Of a DNA stretch of 64,000 nucleotides, positions 49,240 through 61,744 are shown piece after piece. Location: positions 1 through 64,000 of the forward strand of contig NW_021836170.1 of NCBI RefSeq assembly GCF_006345805.1, read 5' to 3'. Within the stretch, counting starts at the first letter, position 1. Every line of letters begins with the position of its first letter. The stretch comes from Octopus sinensis (taxonomy: Eukaryota). The notes beneath the pieces were generated by a model, which saw only the letters and a program-made list of their open reading frames with translations, was not told the DNA's origin and did no database searches. Both the position numbers and the translations under genes were made by a program.

Positions 49240-50860
49240 TAGTTTATTGTTTGGAGCCATAGATGGCGATCCTCAATGAAAATGAGATACAGATCCAGGC
49301 AATGGAAGTTCTGAAGGACAATTGCAGGTACTACGAAGCGATGCGAGTACCACGAGGACGTAAACACTGATAACCTCTGTTCATAAATGACGAAAATGGA
49401 AGACTAATCGCAGATTCTGCAGAAGCAGCAGAATTAATTACTGTCCATTTCAAGAAATTGGTTAAATCAGAAAGCAACGGAATTGCAGCATTTATTGGCC
49501 ATCTCAGGAAATTGGAGTTGGAAATAACTCCTGAAAAATTTCAAAGAGCATTTGATATGCTCAAAAACAATAAAAATCCAGGACCAGATGGGCTAGGACC
49601 AGAACTACTTAAGTATGGAGTAAAAACCTACATGTGGACTTTTTCAACGGAATGTTCAAAGAAAACGACCATTTGCCCCTAGGACGAGGGATACTGATCC
49701 CTGTCCAAAAACGGAGCAAAGCTAAAGGAAAAGTGAAGAACCTTAGGCCATTAATTTTAATAAACAGCATACGGAAACTGCTGGCAATTATTATTCTAAA
49801 AAAATAAGCTTTGTGCGGAACTATTTAAATTAATAGTGGTTTTCGTGAAGGAATATGTACTTCTGACATTGTTTGGAGCCATAGATGGCGATCCTTCACT
49901 ATTCAAAGGTTTTAAAATGCAACAAACATTCTTGGAATCAATATGTCAAGAGCTTTTGACTCGATGAATCGTCAAGAATTGATGGATGTCCTTACAGAAT
50001 TCCTTGACGAATCCTCTATCTGGAGAATTAAAACTATACTATAAAGGAAAGATCAATGTGGTGGCATACTGACGTGGATTTTATTTCCTCCGACAGGAAT
50101 GCTCTAGAATGCCTATTGGAAGTGATGGCAAATAAACTTGCTGAGTGGTTCCTAAATGTAAATGTGGAGAAAACAGAATTTACTGAACTTGTCAGATAAA
50201 AGTCTAAGCTGGACGAACACTGTAGAAAAGTTAAGAAACTTGGATTCCTATTTGGAGACGAACAAGACGTGATTATGTGAAAAACACATGCAAACAGTGC
50301 ACTACGCGGCTTAAAGGAAAATTTGCTAAAACGCAAAGGACTCAGCACAAAAACACGAATATGATTATACAAATCAGTGGTGAAACCTATTCTTCTTTAT
50401 AATGCCGGAACATGGGGCTTTTTGATACAGACAATTTGAATCTAGATTCCTTCCATAAAGACCAACTTTGGCGCACTTTAGCCTCTAAATGGCATTCGAG
50501 GCTCAGCAGTAAAACAGTTTTTCCAGAAAATCAAGCAAACCATCTCTTCCGAATTTATTGCATACAGTTGGAGTCTATTCTGACACATCCTAATGATGGA
50601 TCTGGAGACACCGGCAAACACCGCTATGGAAGGCTATTTCGTAACTGAAGGTCCTCGTTTCCGCGGACGCTAAAGAAATACTCTCCCAGTGACACGGGAC
50701 AGAGACCTTCTAAGTGTGGGGGAAAATTTTAAGGACGGGACGATCTTGACGCATTACGGGACGTCGACCAAGATAGAGGGAAATGGACCAAACTAATAAC
50801 TTCATTGTTTATTTGCTGCATAAGCTTTATCATGATTCATGGCATCTCGAAAGTGCGTAA
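49240..50860 (+). mobile_element. RTE-like LINE, RT through 3' end, degenerate
   Basis: LKNNKNPGPDGLGPELLK, NLRPLILINSIRK, DMSRAFDS-like motif, LNVNVEKTE and VVKPILLYNAG. Confidence 0.88.
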
Positions 50861-51046
50861 AAAATGCACTTTGTTTAAAAACAGTTTGTTTATCGTTAAA
50901 AGAAATACTAAAAAGATGATATGCGAGTTGCTTTGTCAAATATAGAACCAGACATTACTTACATTAACAAACATAATAAAATTTAAGTTTTTCATTTAAG
51001 AATTTCTATTATTAAAAGTTCAAGGGTAAATTTTTTTAGAAAATAA

Positions 51047-52238
51047 TTAAATTATATTAAAATTATTAATATTATATTTAATTTTGTAGTTGTCAAATAA
51101 TTCATTTATTAGCTCTCCAGTGATCACACAGTTATAGTTGTGGGATATTAGTCTTAGAACAAGAATTCCTTCTGATTTTAAATAATTGATAGTGAATTTC
51201 CGAATCGATTCGTCATTATGACTAAAATTATTTTCTTGTATTTTAATATATTTTTTAATGTAGTTAACCATTGATCCTTTATTAAATAAATTCCAGCACC
51301 AAAAGGTTAAATTTACAGAATTTAAAATAAGCATCAGAACCATCCAAAACCAATAAAATGAGAATATTATCTCATTATAAATGTTTATTGGCAATGTGCA
51401 CTGAACTTGAAATTTACTATCGACCATTTTACTGCCAAGTTCTCTAATATAAAAATCACAAAAAACAATATGTGGGAAATATGCAGAATAATCCGTATGC
51501 TTGTTTTGAATAAAACTTTTAAAAATATTCATCCCATAAAATGTAATTTTGCCATTCGAAAATAAAATGTCGGTCAAATAAATTTGAAGTACTAAATTAA
51601 ATATGTAGAGAAATTTTGTTGCAACATAGACATGTGATAAATAATATCCATTGGAATTATCTGTAAAAATTTCAAATATTTTTGTTTCACGATTTTCTAA
51701 TTTTTTGCATGAATTGCGAGTATTTAATATTAGTTCAAAATGTTTAGTTGCAAAATTTAAACAAAATTGGTTGTCTCGAAAATTATTTACTTTTTCAAAC
51801 TTAAATGGAATTTCTAGAAGACTGCTAAAACTAATTTTCCCTGCTTTTTGCATAACAGTCCAGAAGAACCAAGGAAGTTGGTAACAAATTGCACATGCAA
51901 TTAAAATCCAGATGACCCAGTTGTAATAATTATTTTTTTCAATCAAATACATTTCTGATTCATGGATGCTCTGATTAATAGGAACTTTATATTTTTTAGA
52001 TATCAAGCAAACATCTAAAATATATCCGTGGAAACTACCTAAATTAATATTATTAATAAAAAATACTTTCTAGATGCCTTGGGCACATGCAAAATATTTC
52101 TCCCTTCATTTTTTGATTAGTAATAATCGTAACAAAGAAGAGAATCAAATAAGTAGTGAATGAGTGATTAAGTCGGTCGATGAAATCATCTTGCCTTTTA
52201 GTTCTAAAAGTATTTTTGAGAACTTCAAGTAAGTCCAT
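51047..52238 (-). CDS. inx: Innexin (gap-junction protein), 2 exons
   Basis: DDFIDRLNHSFT, C.CP, YYNWV, FPHIVFCDF and QCTLPINIYNEIIF..WFW. One 28-nt intron near 52040-52067. Confidence 0.95.
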
Positions 52239-52386
52239 AACTAATTGAAAACGTAAAATCAGTAATAAATAATCATTTATTAATTTCGTAATTAAATCAC
52301 TTGAAAAATGTTACCGTAAATTTCATATACTATTCTAGTTTTTGCAATATGGACTAAATTTACATAACACAGACTGCATTTTTTGC

Positions 52387-52445
52387 TTGACGAGTGACGT
52401 CGTCATCAGTGAAGATTCATTGCGGAACTGGATTGTCTATCTTGG
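52387..52445. repeat. Dispersed double-hairpin repeat, copy 3
   Basis: TTGACGAGTGACGTCGTCATCAGTGAAGATTCATTGCGGAACTGGATTGTC. Confidence 0.75.
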
Positions 52446-53154
52446 AAAAAAATAAATAAACCAGTAAAGATCATTCCACGGTCCTACCTACGATTAGCTA
52501 AAAATAAATTCTTTATTTAAAATAAAGTGTGTGTCCTGCTTGTGCGGAGCTATAAAATAGTATGCCTCTATGGAAAAGGCTATATTGAATTTTGACTTTA
52601 TTCTAGTTTTTGGAAATCTGTTGACGTCATGACTCATTTTAAGATCTACTAAGTTAATGGTTTTTATATTCGAAATACAAAAATTAAGAACAATAATACA
52701 CCTGTTAATTTTAGTCTGATCTGATAGTCTAAATACAAATTTTGTTATTTACAAAATTGTATTCATAAGTCTAGGAATAATTGAGCTTACTAATTGATTT
52801 TTAAAAGTTTATATATTAACCAAATAAATAATTGTCAACAAACTTGAAATAATTGTCAACAAATCTGTTTAAAGGTAGTAATATTAATTAGAAAAAAAAT
52901 GTATTTAGTCAAATATGTCAAGAATTTAAAAAAATTGATTAATTTTTGTTTGAATATTTGGCAAAAAAATAGGAAGTGTGTTAGTTAATTAAAATTATTG
53001 AAAATAGAAATATTCATCGATCATAAATTATTTTGTTAAATTTTAATAACTATAAAAATTAATTTTAAATAAATTATAAATTTTGAATTAATTGTTCTGT
53101 GTTATTGTGCTCACGTTTAATTCCTAACGAAATAGGAACATCTTGTTTAAATAA

Positions 53155-54589
53155 ATGAGCTCAGATATAATTCCTCAAGAAATTACTGTTATTAGTAAGT
53201 ATCTAATTTAATATCATTTAAACTGTTGATTAAATAATATTTTTAGTTATGAATGGAAAAAACATAGTGGGCAGAAAAAGCGGTTTGTGTTTCTAATCTA
53301 ACTCCCAAGGTCTGAGAAGTTTTTCATGTGTTTTTGGCATCGGAAACAAGAAATTTACGACTACAAACGACCCTGTAAGCGAGGGAAATCCAAAATGGAA
53401 CGAAGAGGCCACAGTGTATATAAAAATAATTCTAAGCCCAGGCCAATCAAAGTTGACTGCAAAGACGATCTTGTTCTTAAAATTTGCGACAATTCCAAAA
53501 AAATAGGGAAAATTCAGGTCCCATTGACAGATATTTCTGTTGATCCAGTTCGCAGGTTTTCAATTTACATAAAATATAGTCTAAAAATACTTCAAATCAA
53601 ACCATCAAAAAATTTTCCAAATTGTTCAGGACAAATAACCTTTAAATGCTGGGTCTCCAAAGTATATCCCCTGGATATCGCAGATAAATCGATCCGAATA
53701 AGATCCATGTCCACTTTTTTGGCCAAAAAACCCAAAATAAGTGCATCCAAATATTCAATTGACGGGTCTTCTGTCGTAACTGGTGTAACTTCGATTCCTT
53801 CAATTCCACCTATTGTCGAAGATTACACAAAAAATAACCACAAAGACCCACGGAAAGGATCTCAGAAGAATTCATGGACAGAAACGATGATTAGTAGTGG
53901 AATTGGCGACTCACGACAAGACTGTTCTGACTGTATAAACGACGACCAAGTCCCCCATGTGGAGAAAATTGACCCAAGGTTCATAAAAATGAACAAAAGA
54001 CAAAAAATTTCTATTCACGGAAAAAATTTTGGTTCTTCGATCCAGGACATTGCCGACGTTGAGATTGGAGGGATATCAATATTGTCAAATGTCCTCTATC
54101 ATTCTTCTAGTCTTTTATTTGCTACGATAGAAGCTAATTTGCTTGTATAATTACTGTATGCTATAATTACTAGGATTCAATTGAGGAAGCTGAAGTTATA
54201 ATTACTTCTAGAACCAGGGGAAAGGGAACATGTAGTACCTCTCTTTGTGCACAAAATAGGGGGAAAAGTGTTAAGGACAGAAGAATGTCTCAAAAAATTA
54301 AAGATTTTGTGGTATGATTTATTATTAAAATTTTATCAACAATTAGGTTAATGATTCTGTTCACTCAAACCGTACGTTGAATCCATTTGATGACCAGGCT
54401 TCTGTACTAAATGCTAAAATTGACGACTTGAATAAAAAAAATATTGGTTTTTTTAATTATTACGCACTTAAAGATTTAATTGCAGAAAATAATTCGCTTA
54501 AACAATCTTTTAAAGATTTGAAGGATCGTTATGATCAACTCCTCGTCAAAGTGCTTGTACAATGTCCTGAAATTTTGGAAGTCCTTTAA
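53155..54589 (+). CDS. RAB11FIP: Class I Rab11 family-interacting protein-like: C2, IPT/TIG, NPF, FIP-RBD
   Basis: N-terminal C2 (SCVFGIGNKKFTT...GNPKWNEEA), an NPF motif, and C-terminal DLKDRYDQLLVKVLVQCPEIL aligning with the FIP-RBD ELEDYIDNLLVRVMEETPSIL. Confidence 0.8.
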
Positions 54590-54779
54590 TATTTAAATTA
54601 ATGATTTATTCTTAGTTATGCTTATAAAAATAATTTTTTAATTAAAGTACAAATTTTAAATTACATGAAGCACAAATAGATAGGTCGATTAACAATAATT
54701 GTTTTAATTTTTAAAATTTTGCTTTTATTTTACCTGGTTTGAAAAATGCCTAGTCTTCTGTCTAGGGTGTTTTCAATAG

Positions 54780-55990
54780 ATTTCAAAATGCAATTTTTAT
54801 ATGAAATGTCAAGCAAAAATTTTAATCTTCATTCTCCACCTTGCGTCTCCTCAATCTCCTCAAATATTTTTTTCTTGCGTTTCATAATTGTTTAATTATA
54901 GTGCAAATTTCGAAAAACCTGAATCAACCACTCTAGCTAAGCAGGACAAGGAATACTTTTCCTTTATGGATAATTTCCAGTTAGCATGCTAGCAGGTCGT
55001 ATTTGTACATTTGCTTCACTTCTACCTGTCTGAGGCGATGCTGGGACGTTCCGATCTTGATAATGGCAATCTGGATCGTTGTATTGTCATGGAAAGAATA
55101 TCGGGTTTGTTGTTTTCACTACAGTGTCGATTCTGATTGTTTTATTTACTCTTATTTCGTCAAACTCATTAGTCACAGCAGATTGAACTGAATGAATTTT
55201 GCTGCATAAATGCAGATGCATGCACTTGACGGTCTCGTTATCTGTTTAAAATACAGTCCGATTCCGGTTTGGATCGCCAATTGGGGCGGTGTCGGACTGT
55301 ATAAGCTGCTGAGCATCCTCTCACATTTCTTAGTAAGGTTGTCAACTGTCTTTTTGCAGAATTATAGTGCTTACATTAATTTTCACCACACCAGAAAAAC
55401 AAATTGCGGCCTTTCAGTAAGCATAACATTCCATCAACTGGCGGAGAGTTATTTCCGTTTATTAGCCACCTTTCAGATTTGACAACGTTCACTTCAGTAC
55501 TTTTCAAACACTGATATAGAATTTAATGTAACAGTTTCTACTCAATTTTTACTATCAGATGTTTAATCTTTTTTAGTTCTTTGGATGTCAATCCTTTCAC
55601 ATTGCCAATGTTGTACTTTCAAAAAATAAAATCCCCAATTGTGGGCATATATGTTTTTTCTTTTTTGTATGACCATTAGAATCTCTGGCCTTCTCAAACA
55701 GTGATTGACTTTATGTTCAAGGTTTCAAAGAAACTTTGGGAGAATTCGTTAAGCTTTACTACTTATAGACTCGAGACCTGACCATAGACTTTCTTTTTTT
55801 ACTTGCCGGAAATTTATTCAATTGTCCGTTACGATTTAAAGAATCTTCTTGTCGATGCATTCGAATTCTTTGGACTCGATATCAATAAGCCTAATATAAT
55901 AATTGTAAGGATACTGCAAATTCGTCGATTATCTTGAACAGGTGCACTGAATGTAGTTTTGTGGCTCGTAGACTTTTAGAGTAGAAACCA
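54780..55990 (-). mobile_element. R4/Dong-like retrotransposon remnant
   Basis: LIDIESKEFECIDKKI, IRIDTVVK, NKPDI-like motif and RQVEVKQMYKYDLL. Confidence 0.72.
55254..55299. mobile_element. 46-bp micro-MITE related to the pogo at 41615
   Basis: TA|CAGTCCGA...TCGGACTG|TA, with termini identical to those of the pogo element. Confidence 0.6.
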
Positions 55991-56512
55991 GTAGACTGAC
56001 AAAAGAATAAAATCATTAAACTTTATTCCTTTCATTGAAAATGACTAATTAACTTATTGAGTTTGGGTAAGTAATTCAAAAAAAATATGTATTTAGAAAA
56101 AAGAAAAAATAACAGAAGATTTACATCAAGACAAGACTACGTGTTAATTATTTTCAAGCCTAATTTTATATAATTAAATAATGTTTAAAATTTTTTAATT
56201 GACCTAGTTAACAAATAATTCATTGATTAAAAGTAGAAAATTGTCCAAATACGAATCAAAAACATACTTTGAATATTTAAGTGTAGGCTAGACAAGCGAT
56301 GTAAACTCAGCGTATAAACATGTAACCTTTGTTTATTAAATCAACCATTCTTCCTAGGAGATATTAATCCTCATTAATTGGGCCTTGTAAATTATATTCA
56401 TGATGATTCTCGAAAAGAATGCCAAATAAAACTCTTATGTAATTTTTATAATTAAAAGCTAATTATAACAAATATCAAAAACTTAAAGAGTAAATCATAA
56501 CTCCACTAATTA

Positions 56513-57641
56513 TTAAGAAATCATTTCCCATAAGACATGTCCAAAATAAGGTGATATAAAAGCAGTAACACACGATACAACCAAGTTAACTTCATTATTG
56601 GTTAGCAGGTCCCATCCAGAAATATGTTCAACATCTTCTCCAGGAGAATCAGTTATTTTTCCATCTTTATTTTTTCCTAGAAAAACCAAAACAAATTTTA
56701 ACCAGAAAATTGTAAAATAGATCCCAACAAAGAATCAAGAACTGATCCAACAGTGCCAGCTATACAACAAACAAGTATTATCGGCCACTGAGGATCCTCA
56801 GCAAGTGTTGAGAACATGTAGTGATATATATATGTAGAAATATAAAATATCACACCGATCACAATCCCTCCTAAAAAACTCATAAAAGTCCCGATCAAAG
56901 TGACCCCTCCATTTACTCCCGGAGACACAATTTTAAAAGAAATTATCGAATATGTTGTAAATGATGTAAAGGATGATCCTATTTCTGAAGCCAGGGTATC
57001 GGCCAGAGAGCATGACAAAGACCCAAGAAATGCAATTTTTGAATTTGAGGTTAAAAATAATTTCCCAAAATCAATTGCGGGGTCGTTCAATTGCCCATTT
57101 TTTAAAACTCCCAAAATTGAAAGAGCGGGAATTCCGCCATTACAAATTACTTGAATCCAATTTCTTTTTGAGTCTAAATAATAAATAAAAGTATATTTCC
57201 TGGTTTATTATAAATGCGTCTTTTAGTTGATTTTCGAAATTTTGTTGCTTTGGATGCAATTCCAAAATATATTATTAAAGTTATGAAACAAATTGGAGAA
57301 GAAACATAAACAATTATACCAATAAAAAATGCTATTGTGTTTAAAATATACTTATAATTAAATTATATTTTATATAATAATAAACCAGTAATTATCCCAG
57401 AACTTGTAAGCGAGGACCTAGACAGTCTTGAGATTATGAGATTAAAAAGAATTGCACAAAAAATGCGAAAAATTGACGGGGAATTAATATCTAATATTAA
57501 AAATGCGTGATTACTTGAAAAAAGTGCTAGACAAAGCCACTGAAAGAATGATACATTAATCGAAATAAGAACTAAAAAAGCAAATAAATTTTTTCTTATG
57601 TTGCCAAACAAGCGCCATGGAAATAAATATGTCAGCATCAC
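56513..57641 (-). CDS. TMEM19: Transmembrane protein 19 (DUF92)
   Basis: SLTSSG, ADTLASEIG, VSPGVNGGVTLIG, GSVLDSLLGSILQFSG and G.DLLTNNEVNL. Confidence 0.92.
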
Positions 57642-57799
57642 AAGACTCAGATATTGAAATACAATAATGTTAAATTATTTATTCGTTTTTGATAAATATA
57701 AAAATCAGAGATAAACTCTTTAGATAGTTTGATTAATCATTAATTTTAAAGATTAACTAAAATCTATGTTGCCCGTCATATTAATAAATAAATAAAATT

Positions 57800-59400
57800 C
57801 TCGACGAGAACCTCAAAGGCATCGGGAAACGCCTTAAAGCTAAAGAGAATCTCGGAATTTTTTGCATGACATATGTCACGAGCCTAGCGCTTTACTGAAC
57901 TTAAGTGGTTACATTTCTGATCGAGTTCTGATCCTGCAAATTACAAGTCAATCAGTCTCCTATATCCTATCTAAAAAATCGTGGGAAAAAATGTCGTTAA
58001 AAGACAATCAACTTATATTAAAGATAAAAAGTATCTTTTGCAAGACCAATGGAGATTTCGGCGTAACAAAGGCACTGGAAATTTTTTTCACTTCTAAAGG
58101 TTTCTTGCCATTCCCCCGATTGATCCCAATGTGTTCAACTATGGAGGGGATTCCGGCGACTTCCAAAGCTCTCACGATAAGGTCATTTAGAGCAGCGTGT
58201 CGTAGGATACGACCAGAACTGCACCTACACGATAAAGCGTGCAGACCAAAACGACAGATTTTTTGCACCACAGGGGCAGACATGTGGCTCAAATATGCGA
58301 AATACGAGGCGTAAACAAACCCCAGTCCTAACGGACTCATTGTACAAAAGGTTCCCAATACTTGGTAGTAGAGCGGCATTTAAACAGGAACCGCTGTAGG
58401 AAAGACAGGCCGTCTTAAAGCAGGCCAAACGATGTTGTTCGAAGGATGCAGGGAAGATCAGTAAGAATGTCCACATGCAGATAACATGGTGCACTTCTGA
58501 GGTAGTAGAGTAATTTGGCCAGGGCGAAAAAGTTATTCGCGAAAAAAAAGCCGACATGGGTGTCCAAAGTTGTAAGGCGGTTCAAAAAACGAATGAGTGT
58601 GAAATTTTTAATACGAAGATCAGTCTTAATAGCGGTTGATAGAATGGAGGATCCGAGAATCAGGAGATCGTTGACATCAATCGTGCGCTTTTGACAAGAC
58701 CAGTGTGGAAGGACGATGATAGATGGTCAAAGGGTTCATTACCAAGGTTGAGGCTAACTAATTTAGATTTTGCGCAGTTCTCCAGTTTAATCTTAAGAAT
58801 TAACTAGGTTTAGAAGATAAAAAACTCTAGTACACGAAACGTCAAAATCCCCTTCAATGACAACCGCCAGCTTCCTGCATGTCAGGGAGTTCGTGAGTAC
58901 TAACTAATCCAAAAAGACGCTCTATTGTTGGCACCTGTCAGCGACGGCAATCCTAGCGGCTTTCGAAATTTTTATGCATATCTTCCGTGCCCGGCGCAGA
59001 CCGGCAACAGTGGATAACACATCTTTGAAGAGGATGTCACGAACAGCTGAATAAAACAAAGGTGGAGGATTTTGAAAAAATTCTGACTTTGAAACACTTA
59101 GACCCGTTGGACATTTCCAGATTGCAAGGGCCGCAGATGATAACTTAGTTAAACCGGCACGAGATAAGTGAACATCTCTCTGGCAGTTGAAGCATTTCCT
59201 CGCCTTCTTCCAAGTATTATTGGTCAAGCAAATAAGGCATTGGAATAATTGAAAAGATTCGATATGAGACGGATTTGTAGTTAAGTGATTGATTAAAAGA
59301 TGATATAACAAAGAATTATCGAGAAAGAATTGATATGTTAGGAAGCTGACGCTCGACTGCAGAGCCGAGGCTAACAGCCTCATCAGCTTTGGAATTACAG
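57800..59400 (-). mobile_element. Long CRE-clade retrotransposon remnant (N-terminal Cys-rich region to REL, internally deleted)
   Basis: KCFNCQRDVHL...WKC, IKISKAARIAVAD, PHVCPCG..GLHALSC..SSGRILRHAALND and GINRGNGK. Confidence 0.82.
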
Positions 59401-59449
59401 CAGGCTTCAGTCATCCATTGGAAATGACATAATCCTCCCGGCCGTTAGA

Positions 59450-61300
59450 TGCCTCAGATGCAACCAATTTGAACACAAGTCCCAGGGGTGCACCGAAAAA
59501 GTCCGGTATCTGCTCTATGGGGGCGAACATAAACACAAGAACTGACCGAAAACAAAACCCGGTTCCAACGACCCTGCTGAGAGAACCTGCATAAATTGCA
59601 ACAATCCTGGATATCTGGTGGATGCCAGTCAGCCAAAGCCAAGAAAGCTGCCATACGGGTTGTAAACAGTCCGCTGCCTAGAAACCCGGTCCGCTGGGCA
59701 AAGGTCGAACAAACAGAATCAGTATGAACGAAGGGGTCCATCCCTGGTCCGTCCAAAGTCGATGTCTGCATCCAGACACTGCCAAAACTCAACCCATTCA
59801 TCAATCCGAAGCCGATGGCTGACATCAGTTCCAGTACCAGAGCTGGTCGTACGACTGTCACCTGCAAGAAGACAATACTTCGTCGCAAATAGATACCTAC
59901 TCGGACCAGGACCTGTGCAACAGAGATGCCTTTTTAAAATTCTTTTGCCTTTATGTGGAAGCACTGATAAAACTAGGTGTAGAACCTGAAATGCTGCAAC
60001 AGCTCCTATTATAGGGAAGCACACCAACAACATAGCTCATATTAAGATCATCGCTGTGAATGCCCGATCTATCAAGAGAAGGCACCACGATTTCGTGAGA
60101 TGGTAAACAGCAGTCGTCCAGACATTATTGTCGCCAACGAGTCCACGCTCAAGGAAGATTACTCATACTAAATCCCCCGGTACCTGAATCTAAAATGGAC
60201 TATCTGCTTTATCCTAGAACCGGATGGAACATATTCTCTCTTGATAAACTTCAAGTCCGTAACTTCAATATTATCGAGGACACTCTTTGTGAATTCCTAT
60301 CTCTGAAGGTGAAAACCGAATCTTTCTAGCTGAAAGTCGGAGCCATGTATTGGCAAAACCTCTCTCCCTGGGACAACTTTGTTTGAGCGTCTGCTCGCAT
60401 ACTGTCGCGGATTTAATAAAAAAGCCCACGGTACGATGACATGGGGAATGGCCATTTACCAATTGAGGTCAAAATTCACGCGGACATCGAAAAGTAAGAA
60501 CTTTAATCCACTCGATACATCCTATCAAAGATCAACTGGCCGCACTACTAAGCTCTGTGAGTGCATTCTAGCACGACTACTGTCGCCTGGTCAGTTACGG
60601 CTTTGTCCTTGATATCGACATCTCGAGTGAGGCGTAAACGAGATTCATGCAATGCTATCTGAACACTCAAGCAAACAAGCCACGTACTTGGCAGGGGCAG
60701 AAGGTTAATCCAAACACCAAAGTTACAAACTTCCTCAGCGAAAGAAAGAGTTTGTAGTACAAACTCAGACGCAATGTGAACTTTATCGCCTGACCCACAC
60801 TTAAAAAAATAATGTGTGCGATTGGACGAAAACTTGATTACACGATAAAGCTCAACGTCGCAAGCAAATGGCACAACCGAGGTTGTGCAATCATTCCGGC
60901 ATGCCTGCTTAGCCGAAGGAGATTCCAGAAATATTTGCAGAACACCTGAACTCCAAGAGGCGTATTCAGGAACACCGCAAGGTGGCGAGTCGGAACCACT
61001 GCTACGCCAATTGTCCTCGGACCATTACTTGATCACCTCCGCAAAAGTGATTCGTACGGTAAGAAACAACGTTCCTGGCAAGACTGTCTTTGGCAAACCT
61101 GAAATGGAGCCACATATCAAAAGTATGGAAAATCTCCAAGGTCCGGATGGTCAAAAAGCCTGCAAAGGCAATGAATCTAACTAGCAACTACCGTCCAATA
61201 GCCAATAATCTCAAGACTAATGAAAAAAATCATGGCCAAGTGCATTGACTTCTTCGCCGAAGTGAAGAACGTGTTGTTCCCACAAAAATGGGCAATGTCT
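59450..61300 (+). mobile_element. Decayed APE-type LINE (gag-like knuckle, endonuclease, start of RT)
   Basis: CINCNNPG (knuckle-like), IIAVNARSI and PDIIVANES (APE), QGPDG and a NYRPI-like RT entry. Confidence 0.68.
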
Positions 61301-61412
61301 GATTGTTAGTTTTTGCGAACCCGGTAATCTATAAAATTTTTTTTAATTTGTAGGCTACCTCTTCTACATAAACTTTATACAATAAAATTTTTTTAAATTT
61401 ATATAGAAAAAA

Positions 61413-61485
61413 CGACCACGATGGGATTCGAACCCACAATCTTCTGGTTCGAAGCCAGACGCCTTATCCGTTAGGCCACGCGGCC
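61413..61485 (-). tRNA. tRNA-Arg (anticodon TCG)
   Basis: GGCCGCGTGGCCTAACGGATAAGGCGTCTGGCTTCGAACCAGAAGATTGTGGGTTCGAATCCCATCGTGGTCG. Full cloverleaf, followed by a T6 Pol III terminator. Confidence 0.96.
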
Positions 61486-61744
61486 TTTGATTCTAATTCG
61501 CATTTCATTAAATGATACGCCTATCTTTCTTCTACTGGACTTGAATTTATCTCTCCACCCTTTTATTTTTTAACAGTGCAACCCTTTTTTGGGCGATCCC
61601 GGAGGTTTTCCAAAACAGACTTTAGACTGTATCTAAATAATAGCTATAACTAAAAATATGTTTAATTTCTCTCTATAATACAATTAATCTTTATTCGAAT
61701 CCTAGACAATATAAGCCATTACAAATAAGCATAAAAGTAAAAGA

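Noticed and set aside
52622-52636. Adjacent CRE (TGACGTCA) and AP-1 (TGACTCA) sites between the divergent innexin and FIP genes
   Set aside because: TGACGTCA also occurs at about 22227 and 40433 without promoter context, so chance cannot be excluded. There is no comparative support.
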